NCBI GenBank assembly: GCA_965237955.1
Contig: OZ250169.1
Span: 224,001 to 288,000, forward strand
DNA length: 64,000 nucleotides
Direction of reading: 5' to 3'
Source: Candidatus Marinacidobacterales bacterium
GTDB lineage: Bacteria > Acidobacteriota > Vicinamibacteria > Marinacidobacterales > SMYC01
Positions 20,688 to 31,067 of this stretch are shown piece by piece (the first letter of the stretch is position 1; every line of letters starts with the position of its first letter). A program made the position numbers and the translations under genes. The notes below the pieces were generated by a model, which saw nothing but the letters and a program-made list of their open reading frames with translations, did no database searches and had not been told where the DNA came from.

Positions 20688-22732
20688 TCAGTTTATCGTG
20701 ATGGAGCCGAGCTGGATCTCTCCTTCCAGGGGGCGACCATTGGAGCTAAGCGCGGGTACAGCAGCCTTCGTCGCTCTGTCCTCAAGCCCCATCGTTAGCG
20801 TGTACTCACCTTTACCGACGGAACGCGGAACGTAAAGAGAGCGCTTCTGCGCGAAGAATGTCCCGGGTTTCCACGCTGCGAGCTTTTCGTCCAGGGGCTT
20901 CGGCTGTTCCAGAGCAGTTGTCCCGCCCGTCTCCCTCAGCCGAAGCACGATGTCGTACCCGCTGGCATCCAATTGTCTCTGAGCGTCCCAATACAGTGAC
21001 AGGTCCAGAGACTCGCCGTTCGACACGGTGTTGGTTCCTAGATCGAACCCACGAAAAATAACTGGCGGAATTAGCTCGTGCCGGTTGAAGGCAAGGAGTC
21101 CCGGAGTGGGCTCGCCGAAGAAGATGTGCATTGGATTCTCCATCACTCTAGGGAGTCGAAATATGTAGCGATCGGGTCCTTGGTGGCCGTCTTCGTTGAG
21201 GAGCTCCAAGACCGGTTCGAGTTTTGCCGGGAGAGCCTTTTGTTCGTCTCGGTTGATATGGAAAAGGCCGTTCTCGCTACGCGAATCGGCAACAATGAAC
21301 TCAAAACCCCGTCCCACGAGTCCCTCCAGTGACCCCTTTCGGATGGAGTTGATGATTTTCACGAAAAAGACCTTGGATCGTGGGGGGCCGGCGTTGGCAA
21401 GAAACTCGACCGCATTGTTCTCGACCGCGATGTGTGTTCCGCTCGGGACATTCTCCAGAAACCAATCGACCGTCGCGGACCGGCTATCGGGTCGGCCGAG
21501 GTATTCCGCTTGCGACATGCTCCGCGCCGCGAGAGGCCACAGAAGCAATAGAATCAGCGCACCAGGAACGAGCCTTGCGGTCCAGGCTGAAATGCCTTCA
21601 GGAAGACCGAGCGTCCGAAGTGGCCTGGTACCCATCAGGCAAAGCCGTTTCGCGATGTAGCCGACCGCGACGGCCCAGAGGATACATAGGAAAACGATCG
21701 CCGGTTGCCAATAGCTCAATGCCATTTGCCGGTAAAGAGACATTAAGAGTGTGAAGGAAGCGACGAACAGCCCGATCAGGCCGATACCGATCCAGTCCAT
21801 CCGGCCTCTTTCCAGAGGCCGGATGGAAGCGGCCAGCAGGCCAAAGAGCACGGTAACGAGTAAATAAGGAGGTTCGAGCCCCACGAGTAATCGAGTTACA
21901 CCTTCGCTAAGCGAGATCGGAATGGGCAGAGGGCCTTTCGTCAGAAGACTGGTGGTGGCCGGGTACGGCCCGTCGTGGATTTGATAGATGTCGTAGATGA
22001 AATGAAGCCAAAGCGCGACGCCCGCTGTGAGAATAGCCGCGGCAGTCAAGTGTCTGACGAATCGAGGAGTGCTTCGGCCGAAAAAAAACATCACGAGAAA
22101 GGGCAAGCCCACCAGAGGAAGGGCTTGATACTTAGTCAGAAACGATGCGAGTGCGGCTAGGAGGCTGACCTGAATCAATCCGAAGCGGATTGGATTTCGT
22201 GCAATGAGCATGAGCCATAGGCTGAGCAGCGCTGCGGTCGTGTAAGGAGTGTCGGGTGAGGCAAGGCTAGAAGTCGCGACAAGAGAAGGATGGACTGCTA
22301 TGATGAGAGCTGCTATCAGACCCGGCCCCGGCCCGGCAAGCGAACGTGCTATGAGGGCGGCAAGTAGCACCGCTGTCGAGCCGAGAATGGCATTCACGGA
22401 CCGCGCCACCAGGTAGTCGGTCGCGACCGGGGTTTCCGGCCCGGCTAACACGTCGATCAGTTTCTGTTCAACGATCCAAAGGGCGAGAAAACCTGGCGGG
22501 TACCCCCCCCCCGAGTTTCACCGAACGAGCCGTCTTTTTGGAAAGCCAATGTGAATGCGTAGCGCCTCGGCTCATCGGGGTTAACGAAGTACGGCAATGC
22601 AAAGCTGACTCCCGCCATTCGCAGAGTGAGTGCGGCGATGACAATCAAGAAGACCGCGGTGTACCAGGCCACGCGCGGACGCGCTTCAATCCAGTGTTTT
22701 AGTCGACTGGCTTGGCTGTGTCTGTTAGTCAA
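20688..22732 (-). pseudogene. ArnT/PMT-like GT-C glycosyltransferase with a large C-terminal soluble domain, out of frame at a G10 tract (22503-22512)
   Basis: N-terminal LPYFVNPDEP, then YPPGFL after the tract, SPDT, TKYQ; G8 or G11 would fuse the two ORFs. Confidence 0.82.
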
Positions 22733-22846
22733 CCGAAAACGCCTAGGCTCTTTCTCTCCCGGCGACGGAGCAGGGTCGTGCTCGAACTCACCTTACCACC
22801 GGTACTCAGCCTCAACCGGCGCGCGACCGAAACTCATGGAGGTCCG

Positions 22847-22900
22847 TGTCAACGCCGGTCGAAAACTGCACATTCGTGGCAGATGAAAGTTGCACACTCG
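22847..22900 (+). mobile_element. Isolated IS21-type terminal sequence
   Basis: TGTCAACGCCGGTCG followed by AAAACTGCACA and AAAGTTGCACA repeats. Confidence 0.7.
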
Positions 22901-22924
22901 ACCCACGGGTGACGAACCCTAAGG

Positions 22925-23351
22925 CGTGATCGTGATTCACCGTCGGTTCCGGCTTCACGAGCTTCTCGGCGAGGTTGAACAGGTTGAAACAGTTCGGGGT
23001 GGAGACGACGAGTCGTCCGCCGGGCTCAAGGTGTCGCCGCGCCGCGTCGAGAAACAGGCCCGGGTTCGAAAGGTGCTCGAGGACATCCCCGGCGAAGAGG
23101 ACGTCGAAACGCTTTTGAAGCGAGAAGTTCTCCGCGCTCTGTCGCGCGTAGCGTGGACCTTTCTGGGGCAGCCGGGCGTTGTCGAAGTCGAGATCGATAC
23201 CGTGTAGCTCTCTCGCTCGACGAAGGAGGATCGCGTGCGCCCAGTTCGGATCGTCGACCGTAACTCCCTGACCCCAGAAGCCGATGTCGAGTACGACGTC
23301 GTGGGCGTTGACGAGCGATTCGATGAGCTCGTTCTTATCCGCAAAGATCAT
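22925..23351 (-). pseudogene. SAM methyltransferase truncated at the 3' end
   Basis: VLDIGFWGQG, FDVLFAGDVLEHLSNPG, PGGRLVVSTPN; the frame runs into the IS21 end. Confidence 0.78.
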
Positions 23352-23496
23352 GATGCCGACTCTGATCCCAGATCTACACCATTTTATACCAAGCGCCTTT
23401 CGCGTGGGCCAGATGTTATCGTGTCGGACTTGTCAGGCGCCGGAAACCGGCCACGGGGTTTGGAACGAGGTCGAACCTGCCGGAAGCGACCTGGAG

Positions 23497-23502
23497 TATA
23501 AT
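23497..23502 (+). promoter_or_regulatory. Putative -10 box (TATAAT) for the methyltransferase
   Basis: Perfect TATAAT about 30 nt upstream of the GTG with a GGAGG RBS; conserved at 58522-58527 in the duplicate. Confidence 0.55.
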
Positions 23503-23532
23503 CTCGTCGTCTCGAGAGGAGGCGCGACTCGC

Positions 23533-24528
23533 GTGAAGGCTGCGGTCGAAACGAAAGCCCAAAGTGGCGTCGAGCTACCACCGTGCCCGGTCTGTGGGCG
23601 CGGCGTGCCCGACCCGCTCTACTACGAATCCAACCGATATACGGAGGGTGAAGTCGTCGGACTGAGTCTCTGTCCAGAATGCCGGCTCTACTTCACCCGA
23701 CCCCGCTTGGTGCGGCACAACGTCTCCACCCGCGAGGCGGCGTACGAGGACCTCCTTCGAAAATACGAGGGCGAAGCACAAGCAGGTTTTCACAAGAACG
23801 AAAACTATCGTCTCTATCTCGACGTGGCCGAGCAACACTTCGAGATAATGGGTTACGAGCCTCCTTACTCCGTTCTCGATATCGGCTCTCACTGCGGATT
23901 CTTTCTTCGCTACGCGAAGGAGCACGGATGGACCGTTCGGGGCATCGAGCCCTCGCCGCCCCATTACCGTTTCGCCATGGAGGTGAACGGCATCGTTTCC
24001 ATCGAGTTGGGCTTTTTCGATGCGAGCTTCGACGCCAACGCGCGTTTCCATGTCGTATCGATGTTTGACGTCCTCGAGCACATTCCCGACCCGGTTTCCC
24101 ACTTACGAGAAATCCGCAAACGGCTGCGACCCGGTGGGCTCGTCCTTGCCAAGGTGCCGCACGTGAAGTTCTATCTCAAATGGTGGAGATCGGTATCGCT
24201 CGTGAGCCGAACGGGCTTGTTGCCGCGCTTTACCACGTTCGACAGCCCCCCGGTCGAATCGGAACGAAACGGGAAGGTGCTCGGCTTCTTCGATCTTTTC
24301 GAGCACGTCGTCCACTATGATGCGCCCGGCGTCGAGGCGGTCTTCGAAGCCGCCGGTTTCGAGGGAACGAGGCTCCTTCCTGCGCCGCCCACCAATCCCG
24401 CCGGACACTCCCTGAACTTCCCCAGGACGGCGACCTATCAGCTCGCCCGCATGTTGTGCGCTCTTGGAAGAAAGCCCGGCGCGCTGACGCATGGTCTGCT
24501 CATCGTCGCCCGCAACGGAGAACAGTGA
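23533..24528 (+). CDS. Class I SAM methyltransferase with N-terminal CxxC...CxxC, copy 1
   Basis: CPVC/CPEC, VLDIGSHCGFF, GIEPS, FDVLEHIPDP, HVVHY. Confidence 0.9.
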   Translation: MKAAVETKAQSGVELPPCPVCGRGVPDPLYYESNRYTEGEVVGLSLCPECRLYFTRPRLVRHNVSTREAAYEDLLRKYEGEAQAGFHKNENYRLYLDVAEQHFEIMGYEPPYSVLDIGSHCGFFLRYAKEHGWTVRGIEPSPPHYRFAMEVNGIVSIELGFFDASFDANARFHVVSMFDVLEHIPDPVSHLREIRKRLRPGGLVLAKVPHVKFYLKWWRSVSLVSRTGLLPRFTTFDSPPVESERNGKVLGFFDLFEHVVHYDAPGVEAVFEAAGFEGTRLLPAPPTNPAGHSLNFPRTATYQLARMLCALGRKPGALTHGLLIVARNGEQ

Positions 24529-24543
24529 ACGTGGAGTCTCGGA

Positions 24544-25349
24544 GGTATTGTCAAGTTGAGGTGGTGACTGACAGAATGGTCCAATGAAGACCGATGCGCC
24601 AAGCTACCACGGCTATCGATTTCCACCGGAAATCATCAGCCACGCCGTCTGGCTCTACCACCGATTCTGCGTGAGCTTTCGAAACGTCGAAGAGCTGCTT
24701 GCTCAGCGAGGCATCACGGTTTCTTACGAAGCGGTCCGACTGTGGTGTATCAAGTTCGGGCCGGAATACGCTCGGCGACTGAAGCGTCGGCAAGGTCGTC
24801 TTGGTGACACGTGGCACCTGGACGAGGTCTTCATAAAGATACAAGGCGAACGCCAATACCTCTGGCGCGCGGTAGACCAAGATGGTGATGTGCTCGATAT
24901 CCTCGTCCAGCCTCGCCGTGATCAGAAAGCCGCCAAACGATTCTTCCGCAAGCTGTTGAAGGGGCAAGGCCGCCCGCCCTGGCAGCTGGTCACCGACAAG
25001 CTGAGAAGCTACAGCGCCGCTCACCGCGAGGTCATGCCGTCCGTCGTCCACCACACCGACCAGTACAGAAACAACCTAGCCGAAGTCTCGCACGAACCGA
25101 CGCGACAACGGGAACGACAGATGCGGAAGTTTAAATCTCCTGGGCAGGCGCAACGATTTTTGACCGTGCATGGACTCGTGCAAAACCTCTTTCGCGTCGG
25201 ACGGCATTTGTTGCAAGCGCATCATCATCGGGAGCTACGAGACCGCGCCTTCATCGTCTGGCACGAGGTAACGTGTGCCGCCTGACGAGAGCAAAGGAAG
25301 TCAGCTCGACGCGATAGGTTCGCTCGATCGACGTCAACTTGACAATACC
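24544..25349 (+). mobile_element. IS6-family element, 806 bp (transposase 24584..25285)
   Basis: IRs GGTATTGTCAAGTTG / CAACTTGACAATACC; intact 233-aa transposase. Confidence 0.95.
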
Positions 25350-25640
25350 GCCAAGACGCTTCCCGCCGCCGCTCGCGCGTTGTCGGACTGTGATCTCGTG
25401 CACTGCTTGATGGAGCCCTATCTTTCCACCGCTTCGCTCGTTTGCCTGCTCAAGGGCCGGGTCCTCCAAAATCTGACGTATACCGCGCGCCAAATCATCG
25501 GGGCAATCGGGCCGCACCAAAAGCGCGTTTCTCCCGTCCTCGAACAGCTCGCCCAGCGACGGAAGATCAGACGCAACCACAGGACGCTCCGACGCCATCT
25601 ACTCGAAGGCTTTGAGGGGCGACGTCTCCCGAGGCAGACG
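25350..25640 (-). pseudogene. GT4 C-terminal fragment
   Basis: MASERPVVASDLPSLGELFEDGRNALLVRPDCPDDLARGIRQILEDP. Confidence 0.7.
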
Positions 25641-25694
25641 TTCCACGGATTCGATTGGTGGCGGCTTCGCTTCTCTGTGTTACTTTCTACATGA

Positions 25695-26858
25695 ATGGTC
25701 ATCACCATCGCGACCGGCATCTTCCCTCCCGACATCGGCGGACCCGCGACTTACAGTCACCGGCTCTCGAAAGACCTCGCCGCACGCGGCGACGACGTCC
25801 GCGTCGTGACCTACAGCGACCGGCCGACCTCCCGGGAGGCGGACCAGCCGTTTCGGCTCACGCGGGTCTCGCGTGACGACATACTGCCCGTTCGCTATTT
25901 GCGCTATTTCCAGGCGACCCAGCGCCAGTCCCGAGCGTCCAAAGGCTTGTATCTGCTGGACGCTGTAGGAGTGGGACTACCTGCGGCGATGGCGAGTCGG
26001 AGACTGGGAAAGCCGTTCGTCCTGCGCGTCGTTGCCGATTTCGCGTGGGAGCTGTCACAGCTGAGCGGGCATCGCGACTCCTTCGAAGTGTTTCAGGAAA
26101 AACGACATGGTCTGCTTCTCGAAACCGTTCGGGCGGTACAAAAACGCGTCGCGAAGCGCGCCGAACGAGTGATCGTGCCGAGTCGCTATATGAGAGACAC
26201 GCTGATCCGCTGGGGCGTCGAAGCGAGCCGGTTGACCGTCATACCGAACGCGACGGATCCCGCACCGATTTCGACAGGTCCGACCAGGGACGAAGCACGC
26301 CGTCGGTTGGGAATCGAAGCGCAGGCCCTCCTGAGCGCGGGCCGTCTCATTCCGTTGAAAGGTCATGAGCGGCTCGTTGAAATGATGCCCGCGCTCGTCG
26401 ATTCCGCTCCGGGGACGACACTCTACATCGCAGGATCGGGACCGGAGAAGGCAAAGCTCCGAAATAAGATCGCTGAGCTTCGGCTCCACCATGTCGTGCA
26501 TCTGGTCGGATCCCTGGAACGTGAAAAACTGCTGGAGCTCTATCGCGCCTGCGACCTCTTCGTCCTTCCATCCGAGCACGAGGCATTTCCGCACGTCCTG
26601 CTGGAAGCCATGGCCGAAGGCCTCGTCCCGGTGGCGAATTCTGTCGGTGGCGTGCCGGAGATCGTCGATGACGGCGTCTACGGCATCCTGGTACCGGTCG
26701 ACGAGCCGGGGCGGTTCCAGAAGGCCGTCTCGGAACTCCTGTCGAACCCGAAGCGCCGCGCGCAGCTGTCGCGCGGTGCCAGAGAACGCGCTCGCGATTT
26801 CGACTGGGATGATACGTTGAGAAAGACGATCGAGGTGCTCGAAGAGGCATTCGGCTAG
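25695..26858 (+). CDS. GT4 glycosyltransferase
   Basis: ATGIFPPDIGGPATY, GRLIPLKG, PSEHEAFPHVLLEAMA. Confidence 0.92.
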   Translation: MVITIATGIFPPDIGGPATYSHRLSKDLAARGDDVRVVTYSDRPTSREADQPFRLTRVSRDDILPVRYLRYFQATQRQSRASKGLYLLDAVGVGLPAAMASRRLGKPFVLRVVADFAWELSQLSGHRDSFEVFQEKRHGLLLETVRAVQKRVAKRAERVIVPSRYMRDTLIRWGVEASRLTVIPNATDPAPISTGPTRDEARRRLGIEAQALLSAGRLIPLKGHERLVEMMPALVDSAPGTTLYIAGSGPEKAKLRNKIAELRLHHVVHLVGSLEREKLLELYRACDLFVLPSEHEAFPHVLLEAMAEGLVPVANSVGGVPEIVDDGVYGILVPVDEPGRFQKAVSELLSNPKRRAQLSRGARERARDFDWDDTLRKTIEVLEEAFG

Positions 26859-26954
26859 TGCCCCGTCCAGGAAGTCAGGTTGCCTTCGAGCGCCGATGCA
26901 TCCGCGCGGGCGTGGGAAAGCGCTCGCCGCGACAGATACGCCGAGCTTTGCTGA

Positions 26955-27116
26955 AAGGTCAGACTCAGGCGCTCAATGAACGAGGTGTTCCATGTCGAGA
27001 AATCCTCCGAGTGATTGAGCGCTTCTTTGAATCGCCACGCGGCTCCATGAACGGCTCTACGTTAAACCTTAACGACGCGGTCGTTCCTTCGTGTCTTGAG
27101 GAGCTGGCCACGCAAC
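26955..27116 (-). mobile_element. Transposase remnant (IS1-like), related to 59780..59943
   Basis: The minus frame gives ...VKVKRRAVHG...WNTSFIERLSLT; high nucleotide similarity to 59780..59943; cut by IS6. Confidence 0.55.
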
Positions 27117-27922
27117 GGTACTGTCAAATTGAGCTGGTGACTGACAGAATGGGCCAATGAAGACCGATGCGCCAAGCTACCACGGCTATCGATTTCCACC
27201 GGAAATCATCAGCCACGCCGTCTGGCTCTACCACCGATTCAGCGTGAGCTTTCGAAACGTAGAAGAGCTGCTTGCTCAGCGAGGCATCACGGTTTCTTAC
27301 GAAGCGGTCCGACTGTGGTGCATTAAGTTCGGGTCGGAATACGCTCGGCGACTGAAGCGTCGGCAGGGTCGTCTCGGTGACACATGGCACCTGGACGAGG
27401 TCTTCATAAAGATACAAGGTGAACGCCAATACCTCTGGCGCGCGGTAGACCAAGATGGTGATGTGATTGACATCCTCCTCCAGCCTCGCCGTGATCAGAA
27501 AGCCGCCAAACGATTCTTCCGCAAGCTGTTGAAGGGGCAAGGCCGCCCGCCCTGGCAGCTGGTCACCGACAAACTGAGAAGCTACAGCGCCGCTCACCGC
27601 GAGGTCATGCCGTCCGTCGTCCACGACACTGACCAGTACAGAAACAACCTAGCCGAAGTCTCGCACGAACCGACGCGACAACGGGAACGACAGATGCGGA
27701 AGTTTAAGACTCCGGGACAGGCGCAACGATTCTTGACCGTGCATGGACTGGTGCAAAACCTCTTTCGCGTCGGACGGCATTTGTTGCAAGCGCATCATCA
27801 TCGGGAGCTACGAGACCGCGCTTTCATCGTCTGGCACGAGGTAACGTGTGCCGCCTGACGAGAGCAAAGGAAGTCAGCTCGACGCGATAGGTTCGCTCGC
27901 TCAATGTCAACTTGACAATACC
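27117..27922 (+). mobile_element. IS6-family element, 806 bp (transposase 27157..27858)
   Basis: IRs GGTACTGTCAAATTG / CAACTTGACAATACC; intact transposase. Confidence 0.95.
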
Positions 27923-27985
27923 CTGGCGAGCTGTCGTTGTAGCGCGACGTCGCATGCGAGCTCCGCTGTTCCAACCTAGCGGGAG

Positions 27986-29650
27986 ATGCTGAGGAATCTC
28001 ATCGAGCTGTGGCCCGGCGGGCCGTCGGTCACTCTGGGTGGCTACCTCGTCGGCTCCAAGTACGTTTTTTCCCTTTTGGTCCTCGCGTGGGCGGTGTCTC
28101 TCCTGCGGTGGCCGCGCCGGGCTTGGCTCGTCGCCGGTACGCTCGTGCTGGCCGCGTCGAGTCTCCTCGTGCTTCAAAAACCTCTAGGCCGCGCGTATGG
28201 AGTCGTCGAGGAAGGTCGAGGGATCGCAGAGCTCGGCGAGGTGATGGTGGTCGCCGCACGGGGTACCGCGTCCGATGGGCGGATGGTGAGCGAGCCTCAC
28301 CCGAGCCCTCTCTGGGGATATTTCGTGGCAACCCTGTCTGGCTTTCGCGGCGAACGGGTGCTGTCGCTCTACCCGTGGCTTCCGCTGTTCTCGCTTCTCG
28401 GCCTAGGCGTTGCGGTGGCATGGTCGGTTGGACGGCTCCACGAATCGGAGGATCTCCCCGCGGGTGCGCTTCCCGCTGTCACCGCATTCGTCGTCCTGTT
28501 CTTGAGCTCGCATCGTTTGAGCTTTCTCCGCGATGAGGGACCGTTTTGGACCGAGTATTTTTGGCTGACACCAGGAGTCGGGATCGCCTTCGCCGCGCTT
28601 TGCGTCTGCTGGCGCTTGCTCGGAGCGAGCTCTTGGATCGGTGCCGCTATCACTTTCGGTCTTGTCACTGGCCTTGAGCCTCGTCTCGCCGTGTGCTTCG
28701 GTCTCGGTGTCGTCGCGTGGATGGTCGCGAGCCGGAAGAGTCTATGGCGCGAGGCCATGGTGCTCGCTGTCGGAGCGATCGTGCTCGTCGCGTTCGGCGG
28801 CTTCAGGCCGGTGACGCTCCCTGCCGAGTTCGGAACGTGGCACGACGGGATCAACCGCGTGCTCTCGGTTACGATCGATGCTGGGCTCGTCTTCCTTCTC
28901 GCCGCGCTCGGTGTCGGGTGGCTTTTGCGCTCCGAACGAAAAGCTGAGCTCGTGCTTGCTTGGAGCGCGAGCACGGCATTGTTGCTTTGGATCGTGGTCT
29001 CCTTCCTCCCGTGTGCCGCCGCGCTTCTCGACCCGAGAATCGTGAGCGGCTATGTGCGGCTGATGATGGCGCTCTGCGCGAGCTACGGGCTCTATCGCGC
29101 GCTTGCGGCGTGGGTCAAAGCGTTTCCGGGGATTCCGAGCGAGTGGAGGTTCGTCCCTCGCCAGCTGCGCAAGTTAGAATCGGCGCGCCTCGCGCTGATG
29201 GGTCTCGTCGTGCTCTCGTTGCCGTGGTGTTTTCCGTACTGGTGGGAGCCGGTTCGAATGGACCCGCTCTACGTCGAGAGCTTTCCCGCGGTGTCGCGCC
29301 GGTTTGTCGCGATGGGAGAGGTGCTCCGGGACACGACGGACGCCGATGCGGTGCTCGCCGCCGGGCCCAGCTATGCGCCGTGGATCCCCGCGCTCAGCGG
29401 TCGCCGCGTTCTGCTCGTGGGCGAATCGCCCGAGCGCGAACGTGCACTGGAAACGATGGTGCAATCCCGCGATCCAGATCAGATCGCGGTTGCGGTGACG
29501 GAGTGGAACGTGACCCACGTCGCATGGGGGCGACTCGACCAGCCGGAAGGCACGACGCCTGTCGATTTCGGTTTCTTCAAGCAGAGCCCGCGATTCGAGG
29601 AGCGCTATCGTGACCGTCACTGGATTCGGGTGTTCGAGTACACGCCATAG
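27986..29650 (+). CDS. Polytopic membrane protein, putative AftA-like GT-C
   Basis: Many TM segments; PLGRAYG...PSPLWG loop; C-terminal PYWWEPVRMD...WIPALSGRRVL soluble domain shared with the paralogs. Confidence 0.7.
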   Translation: MLRNLIELWPGGPSVTLGGYLVGSKYVFSLLVLAWAVSLLRWPRRAWLVAGTLVLAASSLLVLQKPLGRAYGVVEEGRGIAELGEVMVVAARGTASDGRMVSEPHPSPLWGYFVATLSGFRGERVLSLYPWLPLFSLLGLGVAVAWSVGRLHESEDLPAGALPAVTAFVVLFLSSHRLSFLRDEGPFWTEYFWLTPGVGIAFAALCVCWRLLGASSWIGAAITFGLVTGLEPRLAVCFGLGVVAWMVASRKSLWREAMVLAVGAIVLVAFGGFRPVTLPAEFGTWHDGINRVLSVTIDAGLVFLLAALGVGWLLRSERKAELVLAWSASTALLLWIVVSFLPCAAALLDPRIVSGYVRLMMALCASYGLYRALAAWVKAFPGIPSEWRFVPRQLRKLESARLALMGLVVLSLPWCFPYWWEPVRMDPLYVESFPAVSRRFVAMGEVLRDTTDADAVLAAGPSYAPWIPALSGRRVLLVGESPERERALETMVQSRDPDQIAVAVTEWNVTHVAWGRLDQPEGTTPVDFGFFKQSPRFEERYRDRHWIRVFEYTP

Positions 29651-29893
29651 CGTTTCGTTTCACACGCTGGAGTCGAGCGAGGCTCGTGGGGACAACCGCA
29701 CCACCGGTAGGTTTATCGAACCGCAGAGCACACAGAACTCGCAGAGAAAAGCTAGGGGGTCGCCGTTCTGGGATGTCGTCGTTGATAGAATCTATCCCGA
29801 GCGGCATTGTCGCGGGTAGGTCTTCGAATGGCAGTGTGCGCAGCAATTGGTTCAAGCCAACTTGTGGTGCCGTCTCGGTAGACAAACTCGATG

Positions 29894-30247
29894 CTACCGA
29901 TCTTGTTTCTGTTTCTGGCCCTTGGCTTCCTTGAGCGCCAGCGCTTGCGCGAGCTTTTTCACTTGGTCGTCGAGCTTGGTGATGCGGACCGAGAACTGCA
30001 GGCAGACGAGCACGAGTAAGATCAGCGTGAAGAAGAAGAGCGTCGACGTCGGCAGGACAGCACCGATGAGGCGCGTCAATACGACCAGCAGGTCGTACCA
30101 CACCGCGAACACGAAGATCGTGATCGCGGTGAGGACCCAAAGGACAGAATACTCCTCGCGCAGCTTGCGGCGCCGCACTAGCTCAACGATCAAAACGAGG
30201 AGGGCGACGCTGATGATCAGCGCGACGACTTGTTGGCGGATTGGCAT
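29894..30247 (-). CDS. DUF2304 family membrane protein
   Basis: ELVRRRKLREEYSVLW...SVRITKLDDQVKKLAQALAL; directly downstream of a GT2. Confidence 0.88.
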   Translation of the reverse strand: MPIRQQVVALIISVALLVLIVELVRRRKLREEYSVLWVLTAITIFVFAVWYDLLVVLTRLIGAVLPTSTLFFFTLILLVLVCLQFSVRITKLDDQVKKLAQALALKEAKGQKQKQDR

Positions 30248-31012
30248 CTACACAGACTTGGGTCTCCGTCCCAACGTCGCCAAGAACATGGAAAAGAGCA
30301 TCTTGAACACGTAGTAGAGAGGCATGGCGCCGTCGTGCATGGAGCGGCCTCCCTGGGACGGGTGCATGACGACGGGCACTTCGGTGAGACGAAGGCCGGC
30401 GTAGTGGAGGTCGATGAGAACGTCCGCGTCGGGATAGTCGTGAGGGAAGTGGCCGCCGGTGAGAGCCTCCGTCGCTTTTCGGTTCATCGCCCACAAGCCC
30501 GAGGTCGGGTCGGTGATCCGCCGGCCCGTCAGCCGCGACGCTAGCCACGAGAACAGATGGTTTCCGAGCTTGCGACCCCAAGGCGCCTGGTAGCTCGACG
30601 GGATCAGAAACCGCGACCCGATGGTGACGTCGGCGGCATCCTCGAAGATGGGCGTGAGGATGTCGGCGAGCGAGATCGGATCGTGTTGTCCGTCTCCGTC
30701 GAGCTGAGCGACATAGTCGTAGTGGCCTTGGACCGCGAATTGATAGCCGGTCTCGAGCGCGCTGCCGTAGCCGAGGTTGAAAGAATGGCGGGCGACGATG
30801 GCTCCGGCATCGAGAGAGCGCCCCTCGGTGTCGTCACTAGAGCCGTCGTCTACGACGAGCACATCGGCATGCGGGTGTTCGCGGTGGACTTTCTCGACGA
30901 CTCCAACAAGCCGTGGTCCCTCGTTGAACGCGGGTACGATCACGAGAAGCCGGCGGCGCGACTTCGACGAGACGCGTTCCGCAGTTTCGTTGGTTGTTAC
31001 ACCCGTTGACAT
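30248..31012 (-). CDS. GT2 glycosyltransferase (DPM1-like, soluble)
   Basis: IVPAFNE, VVDDGSSD, LDGDGQHDP, ITDPTSG, DYPDAD. Confidence 0.92.
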   Translation of the reverse strand: MSTGVTTNETAERVSSKSRRRLLVIVPAFNEGPRLVGVVEKVHREHPHADVLVVDDGSSDDTEGRSLDAGAIVARHSFNLGYGSALETGYQFAVQGHYDYVAQLDGDGQHDPISLADILTPIFEDAADVTIGSRFLIPSSYQAPWGRKLGNHLFSWLASRLTGRRITDPTSGLWAMNRKATEALTGGHFPHDYPDADVLIDLHYAGLRLTEVPVVMHPSQGGRSMHDGAMPLYYVFKMLFSMFLATLGRRPKSV

Positions 31013-31067
31013 CGTCGACTCAGCATTCTGAGGTAGTATTACACAACCCGTAGAGAGACTGCTACCC

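Noticed and set aside
27912-27945. Hybrid promoter from the IS6 outward TTGACA driving the gene at 27986
   Set aside because: No credible -10 hexamer lies 16-18 bp downstream.
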